A stretch of DNA of 61,759 nucleotides from Desulfobaccales bacterium (GTDB lineage: Bacteria > Desulfobacterota > Desulfobaccia > Desulfobaccales > 0-14-0-80-60-11): contig JAUXZG010000084.1 of NCBI GenBank assembly GCA_030694005.1, positions 1 through 61,759 on the forward strand. The letters are read 5' to 3'. A program made the position numbers and the translations under genes. Below are positions 27,470-35,586 of the stretch, piece by piece. Numbering within the stretch: the stretch's first letter is position 1; the number at the start of each line of letters is the position of its first letter. The notes under the pieces are model-generated. The model saw only the letters and a program-made list of their open reading frames with translations, searched no databases and was not told the DNA's origin.

Positions 27470-28399
27470 ATGGACCGAATTTTTGCCGATATTCTGCACA
27501 CCGTGGGTTCCACGCCCCTGGTTCGCTTGCATGCGGTAACCAAGGGGCTTAAAGCCACCATCCTGGCCAAGCTGGAGATGCATAACCCCTTGGGGAGCGT
27601 CAAAGACCGCATCGGCGTATCCATGATCCAGGCAGCCGAAACCCAGGGCCTGATTCACCGCAACACCTTGATTGTGGAGCCCACCAGCGGCAATACGGGT
27701 ATCTCCCTGGCCTTTGTGTGCGCTGCCAAAAAATATCGCCTGGTTCTGACCATGCCGGATACCATGAGTGTGGAGAGAAGAAAGTTGTTGAAACACTTGG
27801 GCGCCGAATTAGTCCTCACCCCAGGGGCAGAGGGCATGACCGGGGCCCTAAACCGGGCCCGAGAAATACTGGCTAATACTAAAGGCGCCTATATGCCCAA
27901 CCAATTTGCCAATCCCGCCAATCCCGAGGTTCACCGCCGGACCACCGCCCAGGAAATCTGGCGGGCCACCGGGGGAGGCATCGATTTTTTGGTGGCCGGA
28001 GTGGGCACGGGAGGTACCATAACCGGGGTGGCCGAAGTAATTAAACGGCGCAAGCCCTCCTTTAAAGCGGTGGCCGTGGAACCCGCGGAATCTCCGGTGC
28101 TATCCGGAGGTCAGCCTGGACCTCATAAGATTCAGGGAATAGGGGCGGGGTTCATTCCCGAGGTATTAAATACCAGGATTATTGAGGAAATCATTACCGT
28201 CAGCAGCGATCAGGCCCTGGCAACCGCCAGAGAGGTGGCCAAACAAGAAGGCATCCTTTGCGGCATCTCCTCTGGGGCCGCGGCCTATGCCGCCCTGGAA
28301 TTAGCCAGACGCCCCGAGAACCACGGCAAGCAGATCGTGGTAATCTTCCCCAGCACCGGGGAACGATATTTGAGCACGGAGCTCTTCCAAGACCAGTAA
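27470..28399 (+). CDS. cysK: Cysteine synthase A (O-acetylserine sulfhydrylase)
   Basis: Track ORF 27446-28399. The start is set at ATG 27470 (GAGGGGAGG Shine-Dalgarno). It has [19 protein letters not shown] and GTGGTITG. Confidence 0.92.
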   Translation: MDRIFADILHTVGSTPLVRLHAVTKGLKATILAKLEMHNPLGSVKDRIGVSMIQAAETQGLIHRNTLIVEPTSGNTGISLAFVCAAKKYRLVLTMPDTMSVERRKLLKHLGAELVLTPGAEGMTGALNRAREILANTKGAYMPNQFANPANPEVHRRTTAQEIWRATGGGIDFLVAGVGTGGTITGVAEVIKRRKPSFKAVAVEPAESPVLSGGQPGPHKIQGIGAGFIPEVLNTRIIEEIITVSSDQALATAREVAKQEGILCGISSGAAAYAALELARRPENHGKQIVVIFPSTGERYLSTELFQDQ

Positions 28400-28883
28400 A
28401 GCAGGATAGAGGAGGGTTTTCCCAGGTACATCCCTAACCTTTGCCCGGCAAGTTTCCCTTCCCATCGGGGGCTACTTCAAGAATAGTAAATCCACGAGCC
28501 CCCTGCCCCGGCAATCATCAAGGGTTTAAGGGAAACCTTGTAGGAGGGGGTACCCCGCCCCTGAATGGTCTGCCTGGCTTAATGAGGACGCTTATCTCGG
28601 AGGAAAATTCAGTTGCGGCTTGCCGGCTGCTAGGGCCCCCGAGATCGGTGACCTCAGGCTGGCAGAAATTGATAAAATTGTTGCTAAGAGCTTGGGGAGT
28701 ATTTGCAGATCTCAGCCTTTAGTCGGCCTGTCCTGGGTTTGTCTGGTTAGATTTTAAGTTTCTTTAATTTATTAAAATTATTAAAAATATTTTCCCGTTG
28801 GCGGCAATTTCCCCAGGAGCGCAGTAATCCACCCGCCGCTCCGGTCGGTGCGGTCAGCGATGCCGGAGCCCAAAGGAGGCCAG

Positions 28884-29060
28884 TTATCTCAGACGTTGAT
28901 CAATATTGCCGGGGCCGCCACACTCCGGCAGGTAGCAACTCACATCCTTAAACTTACATGGCACCCGGCACGACGGGCAGAGGTCCGGCGGACACGACGC
29001 CTGGAGGGTAAAGGTGCAATTACCGCACCTCCAGAACATTTGCGCTGCTGCTTGAGTCAT
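28884..29060 (-). CDS. 58-aa Cys-rich zinc-ribbon / rubredoxin-like small protein
   Basis: ATG 29060 lies 8 nt after AAGGAGA and encodes MTQAAAQMFWRCGNCTFTLQASCPPDLCPSCRVPCKFKDVSCYLPECGGPGNIDQRLR. It is just below the 60-aa track cutoff. Confidence 0.6.
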   Translation of the reverse strand: MTQAAAQMFWRCGNCTFTLQASCPPDLCPSCRVPCKFKDVSCYLPECGGPGNIDQRLR

Positions 29061-29397
29061 GGCGCTGGTCTCCTTAGCTTTTATTGGTTACCGCCTTCTC
29101 AAACGATGTCGGGTATAATGCTCCTGTAGGGATCTTCATCCGGAGCATTTCCACAATCATGTGGCGTCCTGCCAAGGGCCCCATGTCTGACCGCGATGGT
29201 CGGATAGGCCAATAAAGCAAGGTCTCCATAGGGGTTGCTAGGGTCTTAAGTTTCTATGGTGCTGATTTTTCCCCGTGCTTTCCCGGAAGGGAAATTATAT
29301 ACACTAATATGATATATATAAGCTTAATAATATTTATAAAATAAAATGTCAAGGTTAAAAATAAGAGAAGGCTAATTTCTCCCTACCCCTGGTCTAG

Positions 29398-30348
29398 ATG
29401 GGAAAGAAGGCGATGGTTTCAGAAAAAAGACAGCTCAAAGAGGTCATCCCGGCTTCTTCCGCCAGCCTGGTTAACAACTCTCGTTGGGTAGGGATGATGT
29501 GTCTGTTTATCGCCACCCTGGCCTTATCGCTTGGTAGCCAGGCAATTTCTACAACCGCCGGTCAGGAAATAAACCTGGCCCCAGAGGGCAAAATAATGGC
29601 TCCATCTAAGGCGAAACCGGTGGCGAAGGCCCTAATCCCGCCGCTTGACGCCACCATCCCCTCGAAAACGGCCACGGCCACCTTCGCCCTTGGCTGATTC
29701 TGGAGTCCGGAAGCCCGGTTCGGGCTTCTCAAAGGCGTAATTCGCACCCGGGTGGGGTATTCCGGCGGTACCACCGAGAACCCCACCTATGACAATCTGG
29801 GCGATCATACTGAATCTATCCAGATAGACTATGATCCCACGGTGATCACTTACGAGCAGCTTTTGGATATCTTCTGGGCCAGCCACCACCCGGGGGTGAG
29901 AGCCGGGTCGCGGCAATACTTGATCGCGGTGTTTTATCATCACGAGGAACAGAAAAGGCTGGCTGGGGAAAGCAGAGACCGAGTGGCGGAGCAGCTCCAA
30001 GGCCAGATCTGCACCGAGATCCTGCCTGCCAAGGAGTTTTACTTAGCCGAAGATTATCATCAGAAGTATTATCTGCGACTGGTGCCGGATCTCATTAAGG
30101 AGTTCACCCTGATATATCCGAACCTTCGGGACCTGGTTGACTCCACGGCCGCGGCCCGAGCCAACGGCTATGCTGCCGGCTACCGCAACCCCGCGGCTCT
30201 CCAGGCGGAACTGGCCAGCTTAGGCCTATCCCCGGCGGGACAGAAACAGCTTCAGTCTCTGGTGACGGCCTTTCTACTGGAGTCTCCCTCCCGAAGCTGT
30301 CCAATCTCTAAAGTTGACCGGGAAGTTGGGAGGGAAAATAGGAAATGA
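29398..30348 (+). CDS. msrA: Peptide methionine sulfoxide reductase MsrA with selenocysteine at the catalytic position; N-terminal signal/anchor and C-terminal extension
   Basis: Track ORFs 29398-29697 and 29752-30348 share one frame and are separated only by TGA 29695-29697. The joined sequence reads [39 protein letters not shown], which matches the MsrA GCFWG...GYxGG...NPTY signature. Confidence 0.85.
29710..29728 (+). promoter_or_regulatory. Candidate SECIS hairpin for msrA
   Basis: GAAGCCCG-GUU-CGGGCUUC is a perfect 8-bp stem (or 7 bp with a GGUUC loop). It starts 12 nt after the UGA. Confidence 0.6.
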
Positions 30349-30415
30349 TATTCAACTAAATATTCACCAAAGCCCGTTTAAAAAATGCCAACCAAGGCTA
30401 ACCCCTTGAAATATC

Positions 30416-30493
30416 TGGCGCGCCCGAGAGGATTCGAACCTCCGACACACGGATTCGTAGTCCGTTGCTCTATCCAGACTGAGCTACGGGCGC
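30416..30493 (-). tRNA. tRNA-Arg (anticodon ACG), CCA encoded
   Basis: GCGCCCG TA GCTC AGTCTGGATA GAGC A ACGGA CTACGAA TCCGT GTGTC GGAGG TTCGAAT CCTCT CGGGCGC G CCA. All four stems are perfect. Confidence 0.95.
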
Positions 30494-30599
30494 GGGTGAA
30501 ATTTAGCGGTTGTGGGGAATTGGCCCCGAAGTTTTGATTAATATTTTTTATAACCCCTGGGGCCTGAAAGGTCAACTCCTTATCCACCCGGGACCAGCG

Positions 30600-30760
30600 C
30601 CACCCTGCCCCCTTCCCCAAAACCGCCTCAAAAACCCCTTCTAGATTTTTGGGGTGGGAAAGCGGGGCCGAAGGCCCCGCCTTACCCACCCCCCTTAAAG
30701 GGTTGGGAGGGGGGTTTGGGGGGAGGGCAGGGAGCCGCGCTCCCTGGCCCTCCCCCCAAA
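30600..30760. repeat. Cluster of G/C-tract palindromic repeats
   Basis: Hairpin 1: GGGGTGGGaaaGCGGGGCCgaaGGCCCCGCcttaCCCACCCC (30651-30692). Hairpin 2: GGGAGGGCAGGGAGC..GCTCCCTGGCCCTCCC (30721-30754). The CCCCTTAAAGGGTTGGGAGGGG motif is shared with the 60.4-kb cluster. Confidence 0.7.
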
Positions 30761-30770
30761 GACCCAACGA

Positions 30771-31359
30771 ATGATGTAAGAAGGGCAGGCGGATGATCAG
30801 GAGGAAGCCGTTTATGGACAGCAGGGTTCCCAGGCAGGCGGCCACCAAAGCGAAGTAAAAAACCGGCCGGGAAGAGGAGAGAATGGCGATGGAGGCCATG
30901 ACGATGGCGATCTGCAGCAGGACCTCGGCGTAGTCAAAGTAGGGGTCCTTGCTGCGGTTGAGGTCCCGCTCGTGTTCCAGCTTCGTGGCCTCTTTTTCGA
31001 TCTCCTCCTTTTCGACGCGGTAACGTGCCTCCTCCTTAACCATCTGCTGCAATAATGCCTCGTACCGTTTCTTGGCTTCCGGCTTTAAGGATTCCGACCT
31101 TTCCAGAAGATCAAGTTCAATCCGCAGCTTCTGACCCCGATAGAAATGCTCCCGGGTGGCCTTGGCCTGATAAAAAGCCCATTGGTCCGAAGCCTGCTGT
31201 TGGGCCAGGAGCATCTCCTTCATGGCGTTATTCCCCCCCAGGGAGGTGATGGCCAGCAAGACCGCGAATGATAGCGGTGGTGAGGGCCACGCGCCGGGTA
31301 AAGGTTTTTGCCTTTTCTTCCCCGAGTTCTTCAGGGTTGGGAAGCTCAATCTCGGCCAT
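30771..31359 (-). pseudogene. DUF4337-like membrane protein gene, frameshifted near the 5' end and lacking a native stop
   Basis: ATG 31359 (AGGAGA Shine-Dalgarno) encodes MAEIELPNPEELGEEKAKTFTRRVALTTAII and then stops at 31228. The family-like remainder (AVLLAITSLGGNNAMKEMLLAQQQASDQWAFYQAK...) is in the +1 frame (track ORF 30378-31412). That frame runs on through the repeats and the tRNA-Arg gene. Confidence 0.55.
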
Positions 31360-31618
31360 GACGGTTCATCTCCTGAAGAAAGTAGCAGTCGCCAGAGCGC
31401 CAGAAAAACCACAAAACGAGGCTGAGACTAACTAAGGCCCCTAAATAGGCATCACTTTTTACCTGGAAATAACCCTTTCATATGAATCTTGCGATGGTAA
31501 AAGAACGGATTGTGCCAATAGTGGTAAAAAGAGATGGCCATGTAATCTGTCACCGACTCAGGCAGGAATAGTCAATTAAAAAATAAAAATCTGGGGACGA
31601 CTCACTAACCCTGATTTT

Positions 31619-31930
31619 CTAACGGTGTCCAATCGATAAAATTAACTTGATAGAGATATAAGTTAAGATAAGAAAAAGGATGAAAGTAAGAGTAAGTTTC
31701 CCGTATTTTTTCCTATAATCTATAATAACTCCTTGGCTTGACTTAACTCTGATAAGGCCGCGCCAGTTACAGGTGTTGTCTTTGCAACGGAACGCCCTCC
31801 AGCCCCCGGCCCTTTTCCACCTCTCTCTAAACCCTCTGGTGTGACTGCGCCTAAGGTCTGTTGATCCACATTCCGGGCAGATTAATTGTGGCAACAAGGA
31901 TAGGGCCCCAATATTGGATATTGGCGTCAA
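31619..31930 (-). CDS. Hypothetical zinc-ribbon protein with a C-terminal transmembrane helix
   Basis: 103-aa ORF with CPECG...CKDNTCNW and the hydrophobic tail LTLTFILFLILTYISIKLIL. It lies in an AT-rich segment between two tRNA genes. Confidence 0.45.
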   Translation of the reverse strand: MTPISNIGALSLLPQLICPECGSTDLRRSHTRGFRERWKRAGGWRAFRCKDNTCNWRGLIRVKSSQGVIIDYRKKYGKLTLTFILFLILTYISIKLILSIGHR

Positions 31931-32055
31931 TGTTAATTAACGCTGGCATAGAAGTGGATAGTTGTCAATAATATTTATGCCCTACTGAGCCTTTAAGTAA
32001 GGTCACCTAAAAGCTCCACAAAAGAGTTGGGCAGAAGGAGGGGGAAGAAGATTAA

Positions 32056-32142
32056 TGGTGCCGGAGGCCGGACTCGAACCGGCACAGGCTGCCGCCCGGG
32101 GGATTTTGAGTCCCCTGCGTCTACCAATTCCACCACTCCGGC
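32056..32142 (-). tRNA. tRNA-Leu (anticodon CAA), CCA encoded
   Basis: GCCGGAG TG GTGG AATTGGTAG ACGC A GGGGA CTCAAAA TCCCC, then a long variable arm, then GCCGG TTCGAGT CCGGC CTCCGGC A CCA. Confidence 0.93.
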
Positions 32143-32294
32143 AAACCATAATATTTTAGCTTTCTTGACTCCTAATTGGCAAGTCCTTTTCCCCCGGAAT
32201 CTGGAAAAGGCCGGGCCGGCAGTTTAAGCAAGGGGGGTTCCGATACTATGGGCCATTAAACATAGTAATAAGGGCTTGTCACTTAAATTCCACC

Positions 32295-32348
32295 GTAGGG
32301 GCGCAACCTGGAGGTGCGCCCAGCTATTTAGCAGACACGCAGGTCTGC
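32295..32348. repeat. REP-like hairpin pair (GTAGGGGCGCAA... type)
   Basis: GTAGGGGCGCAACCTGGAGGTGCGCCC (32295-32321) and GCAGACacgcagGTCTGC (32331-32348). The 12-mer GTAGGGGCGCAA recurs at 51009. Confidence 0.55.
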
Positions 32349-32436
32349 CCCGACAAATTGATGGCAAAAAGGTAAAAGGCAGCCCAGAGGGGGGCCTAGT
32401 CGGCTAAGTGGCAAGAGTTTTTAGATCGCCAGACTC

Positions 32437-32476
32437 AAAAAAAACGGGGAGGAGGGCAGGGTAGAGGCCTCCTCCC
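32437..32476. terminator. Bidirectional intrinsic terminator
   Basis: A8 tract, then GGGAGGAGG-N12-CCTCCTCCC, then AGTTTTTG. It serves the minus-strand repeat-protein gene that ends at 32573. Confidence 0.75.
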
Positions 32477-32572
32477 AGTTTTTGCTAACCTTCAGTGGCG
32501 AGGGGGGATGGTGTTACTATTGCAGCCCCTCCCGTTAATGGTTCCTGTTGCCGATGCCGGGTCGGTTTGAGT

Positions 32573-33529
32573 TTAGCGCGCCGCCCGGAAATTGGGTTTA
32601 GCGCGGTAAATGTTGGCGCTGCCCTGGTTCACCATGGCATTGACCCGGCCCCGCTGCTGGGGAGTGAATTGGCCGACGGCCCGCATGGGGGCTTGGGCGG
32701 CTCTAATGTGACCCTGCTGATTTCCCAGCCGGTTAAACCCGGCCGGGGTGGGTTGTCCGGTCCGCACCCCTTGATAGCTGCGGTGTTGTTGGTTAGCCTC
32801 CCGCCAGTGGGGGCCGTTTTGGCCTCCCCAGTAAGGGTGAGCCTGCCCCGGCATACCGGGGCGCTGTCCCCAGGATGGATGCGGCTGCCGCCAGGCGTTG
32901 CCCGGGGCGGCCACTTGGTTATTGTGTTCGGCGCGGTAGATGTGCCGGCCGCTGCGGTCCAGCATGCCATTGAGCCGGGCCCGTTCACGAGGGTCCAGAC
33001 GGCCGTCGGCCCGCATGCGGGCTTCCGCGGCCTGGATGCGAGCCTGCTCCCTTTCCAGGCGATTAAATTCCTGAGGGGTCAGTTGTCCAGACTGGAGCCC
33101 CTGGTTGATACGATTCTGTTGGTTGGCTTCCCGCCAGTCAATGCTGCCCTGGGGGCCCCAGTTCGGGTGAGGTCCTTGCCGATTGACGGCCGGGGCCGCC
33201 ACCTGGTTATTGTGTTCAGCGCGGTAAATGTCCCGGCTGCTGCGGTCCAGCCTGGCATTGAGCCGGGCCCGCTCCCGGGGGTCCAGTTGGCCACCGGCTT
33301 TCATCCGGGCCTCTGCGCCCCGGATGCGAGCCTGCTCCTCTTCCAGGCGATTAAATTCCCGGGGAGTCAGTTGTCCGGATTGGACCCCTTCATAGATCCG
33401 CTCCTGTTGGTGGTCTTCCCGGCCATCGATGCCGGGGCTGAAGGTCTCTGCCAGGGCTGGCGAGCCGCCCAAGATGAGGCCGCCTACTACCAGTGCGGTA
33501 ACCACGCCTGAGTTCTTTCTCCTCATCAA
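32573..33529 (-). CDS. Secreted protein made of three tandem ~95-aa repeats
   Basis: 318-aa ORF. Signal peptide: MMRRKNSGVVTALVVGGLILGGSPALA. The repeat unit QQxRIxxGxQSGQLTPxEFNRLExEQARIxxAEARMxAxGxLDPRERARLNxxLDRSxRxIYRAEHNNQVAAP occurs three times; the third copy is degenerate. Confidence 0.8.
   Translation of the reverse strand: MMRRKNSGVVTALVVGGLILGGSPALAETFSPGIDGREDHQQERIYEGVQSGQLTPREFNRLEEEQARIRGAEARMKAGGQLDPRERARLNARLDRSSRDIYRAEHNNQVAAPAVNRQGPHPNWGPQGSIDWREANQQNRINQGLQSGQLTPQEFNRLEREQARIQAAEARMRADGRLDPRERARLNGMLDRSGRHIYRAEHNNQVAAPGNAWRQPHPSWGQRPGMPGQAHPYWGGQNGPHWREANQQHRSYQGVRTGQPTPAGFNRLGNQQGHIRAAQAPMRAVGQFTPQQRGRVNAMVNQGSANIYRAKPNFRAAR
32600..33440. repeat. Intragenic tandem DNA repeat (period about 288 nt, 3 copies)
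   Basis: For example, TTATTGTGTTCGGCGCGGTAGATGTGCCGGCCGCTGCGGTCCAGC at about 32920 against TTATTGTGTTCAGCGCGGTAAATGTCCCGGCTGCTGCGGTCCAGC at about 33207. Confidence 0.75.
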
Positions 33530-33593
33530 CCTATCCTCCTAACGTTTCCAGAAAAGCTTCAGGCCTGAATTTTCCTTGAGATTATCCCAACCT

Positions 33594-34121
33594 TTAACGG
33601 CCGGGTCGTGACACCGGAATCTCTCGGGGGCCTCCGGGGATCATGGGCGCCATACCCCCAGGGCCTCCTTTGATGCTCCGAGCTTCCTTCATCATCTGTT
33701 GCAAATAAAGAATATAGCGGGCCTGTTGCACCGGGGAGAGGATGGCCCTCTCCTCTTCGGTCTGCCGCAGTTTCAAGTTGATCATCTCCTGTTCTTGCCG
33801 CATTATTTTATCCAGCAGGACCCGCACCTCCGCTTCTGAGGGAGTGGGGTTGCGCATCAACTGGTTAAGCTGGCCGAAGGCGGCCTTGGCTTCGTGGCGG
33901 GCCTGCTCTTTTAAGGGGGTATATTTCTGGTCGAGCTTGAGCAACTGGTCCACCGTGCGTTGATCTACCCCCAGGGTGGGGCCCAACTGGGCGCGCTTAA
34001 CCTGTTGGAGTTCATTTTGAAATCCGCCAGGTCCTTTAAGAGGCTGCGCCAGGGCTAAGGGGGCCCAGGCCGCCAGGGCCAGGGTCAGGCCCAAGAATCT
34101 GAGAAACACACGGGGAGCCAT
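33594..34121 (-). CDS. Periplasmic coiled-coil protein, Spy/CpxP-like (tentative)
   Basis: Track ORF 33594-34403. The start is set at ATG 34121 (MAPRVFLRFLGLTLALAAWAPLALAQ signal peptide). The rest is helical and Q/E/K-rich. Confidence 0.6.
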   Translation of the reverse strand: MAPRVFLRFLGLTLALAAWAPLALAQPLKGPGGFQNELQQVKRAQLGPTLGVDQRTVDQLLKLDQKYTPLKEQARHEAKAAFGQLNQLMRNPTPSEAEVRVLLDKIMRQEQEMINLKLRQTEEERAILSPVQQARYILYLQQMMKEARSIKGGPGGMAPMIPGGPREIPVSRPGR

Positions 34122-34738
34122 GATCCATCCTTTGCTTTTGCTTTTAATTTTTTCAGGAAAATTTCCCGTTCCTGGTCGTTTAAATCCGCGATCACCGGGT
34201 CCGGGTCCCAATCGGGCAATTCCTCTTCTTCCTGCCACAGGCCATTGCCCATGCCGGCGAAGACAATCTGTTCTTGGGAGGGCTCCTGGGCCACTCGGGC
34301 TGGGGGGGCCTCTTTGGCCATGGGGGCTTGGGGGGCCTCCTGGGCCATTGGGGGTTGGGTCAGAACGGGCTTTTGGGGCTCGGTGAGATGCGCGGCGATC
34401 CACAAAACCAGGACCGCCAGGGCCGGGGCACCCAGAATATAATAGGGAATCTTAAACCGCCGACGGGAAGGGGCTTCCAGCGCCACCTGGACTTCCTGGG
34501 CGGCCTGGGCCAATTTCAGGTGCAACTGACGGTTGAAGGCGTCCCAGAATTCCTGGCCCGGGTCCTTAACCGGCGTAGCCTGGACCGCGGCCACCACCTC
34601 CTTAAAGGCCGCCAGTTCCTGGCGGCAGGCGGGGCAGCCTTCCAAATGGCTTGTCAGTTGCCGCTTCCAGAAGGCCGGCAGCTCACCGTCGGGGTACTCT
34701 GGCAACCACCGCTTCAGAATTTTGCACCGCCAACTCAT
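34085..34738 (-). CDS. Anti-sigma factor (zf-HC2) with one transmembrane helix
   Basis: Track ORF 34085-34750. ATG 34738 has a GAGGA Shine-Dalgarno. It has HLEGCPACRQEL and the transmembrane segment YYILGAPALAVLVLWIAAHL. Confidence 0.8.
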   Translation of the reverse strand: MSWRCKILKRWLPEYPDGELPAFWKRQLTSHLEGCPACRQELAAFKEVVAAVQATPVKDPGQEFWDAFNRQLHLKLAQAAQEVQVALEAPSRRRFKIPYYILGAPALAVLVLWIAAHLTEPQKPVLTQPPMAQEAPQAPMAKEAPPARVAQEPSQEQIVFAGMGNGLWQEEEELPDWDPDPVIADLNDQEREIFLKKLKAKAKDGSWLPVCFSDSWA

Positions 34739-35273
34739 GTTCGTCCTCACTCTTGAGATATTTCCTTAAGGTTTTGATGGCCTGACAGTAATTGACCCGC
34801 GCCGCGCCGGTGGTTCCCCCCAAGACCTGGCTGATCTCCTCATAGGAGAGGCACTGTTCCACCTTCAGGGTAATCACCGCCCGCTGTTTCGAGGGGAGTT
34901 TAGCCAGGGCGGCGTAGAGGCGTCGGTGGTCTTCTTTAGCCACCAGGTCGGCCTCCGGGGAATCATCCCCGGCCAGGATCACTTCGTCGCAGTCCAGGGG
35001 GTCCCCAAACTTCTTTTTACTTTTTAAATAGTTGTAACACTGATTAAGGGCTATTCTAAACAGCCAGGTGCGGAATTGCGCCTGCTGGCGAAAGCTCCGG
35101 ATATGGACAAAAGCTTGCACGAAGGCCTGTTGGGTCAGATCCTTGGCCTCTTCCGTATCCATCACGATGCGGCACGCCAGGCTGTAGATCTCCCGCTGGT
35201 ACTTCTTTACTAGTTCTTCGAAGGCCGGGAGGTTGCCATCTTGAGCCCGGGCCACGAGCTGAGAGTCAGTCAT
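34683..35273 (-). CDS. ECF-type RNA polymerase sigma-70 family factor
   Basis: 196-aa ORF with region 2 (AFEELVKKYQREIYSLACRI...DLTQQAFVQAF) and region 4 (LPSKQRAVITLKVEQCLSYEEISQVLGGTTGAARVNY). Its 3' end overlaps the anti-sigma gene by about 56 nt. Confidence 0.88.
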   Translation of the reverse strand: MTDSQLVARAQDGNLPAFEELVKKYQREIYSLACRIVMDTEEAKDLTQQAFVQAFVHIRSFRQQAQFRTWLFRIALNQCYNYLKSKKKFGDPLDCDEVILAGDDSPEADLVAKEDHRRLYAALAKLPSKQRAVITLKVEQCLSYEEISQVLGGTTGAARVNYCQAIKTLRKYLKSEDEHELAVQNSEAVVARVPRR

Positions 35274-35330
35274 GGGATCTGATCACCGGCTTTCAATAAT
35301 TTAGACTCCCAAAGGGGCCAAATGTTAAGG

Positions 35331-35357
35331 AGACGAGCCGGGGCATCAATAAGCTCC
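35331..35357 (-). promoter_or_regulatory. Possible ECF-type autoregulated promoter
   Basis: The minus strand reads GGAGCTT-N15-CGTCT, about 58 nt upstream of ATG 35273. This resembles GGAAC-N16-CGTC ECF promoters but is imperfect. Confidence 0.3.
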
Positions 35358-35586
35358 GAAATTTACAAGAGATTTCCCTAACCAAGTCGCAATTGGGTCT
35401 ATACAGTTTATCATATACTTAAAGACCTACTTTTTCCAACTGCTATCCGTACCGGGCCGGTGGCTGGCCCCGTCAGGGTTGGCTCTGGGCTGAGATGGTC
35501 TCGAAACTATGGTCCAGGGGGCATCTCCCGGCTCGTTCCGGCCTGCCGTATTTCCCTCAGGCCTACGCCGAAAGGTAGCAAGAGCA

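Noticed and set aside
30600-30760. CRISPR array among the repeated G/C-rich sequences (also at 60444-60636).
   Set aside because: The repeats are palindromic, of variable length and irregularly spaced, with no unique spacers of constant size. No cas genes are in the window.
30378-31412. Single 344-aa protein as listed in the ORF track.
   Set aside because: Its C-terminal 130 residues are a translation of palindromic repeats and of the tRNA-Arg gene. Its N-terminal 45 residues are out of frame with the likely true start. It is reported instead as a disrupted DUF4337-like gene.
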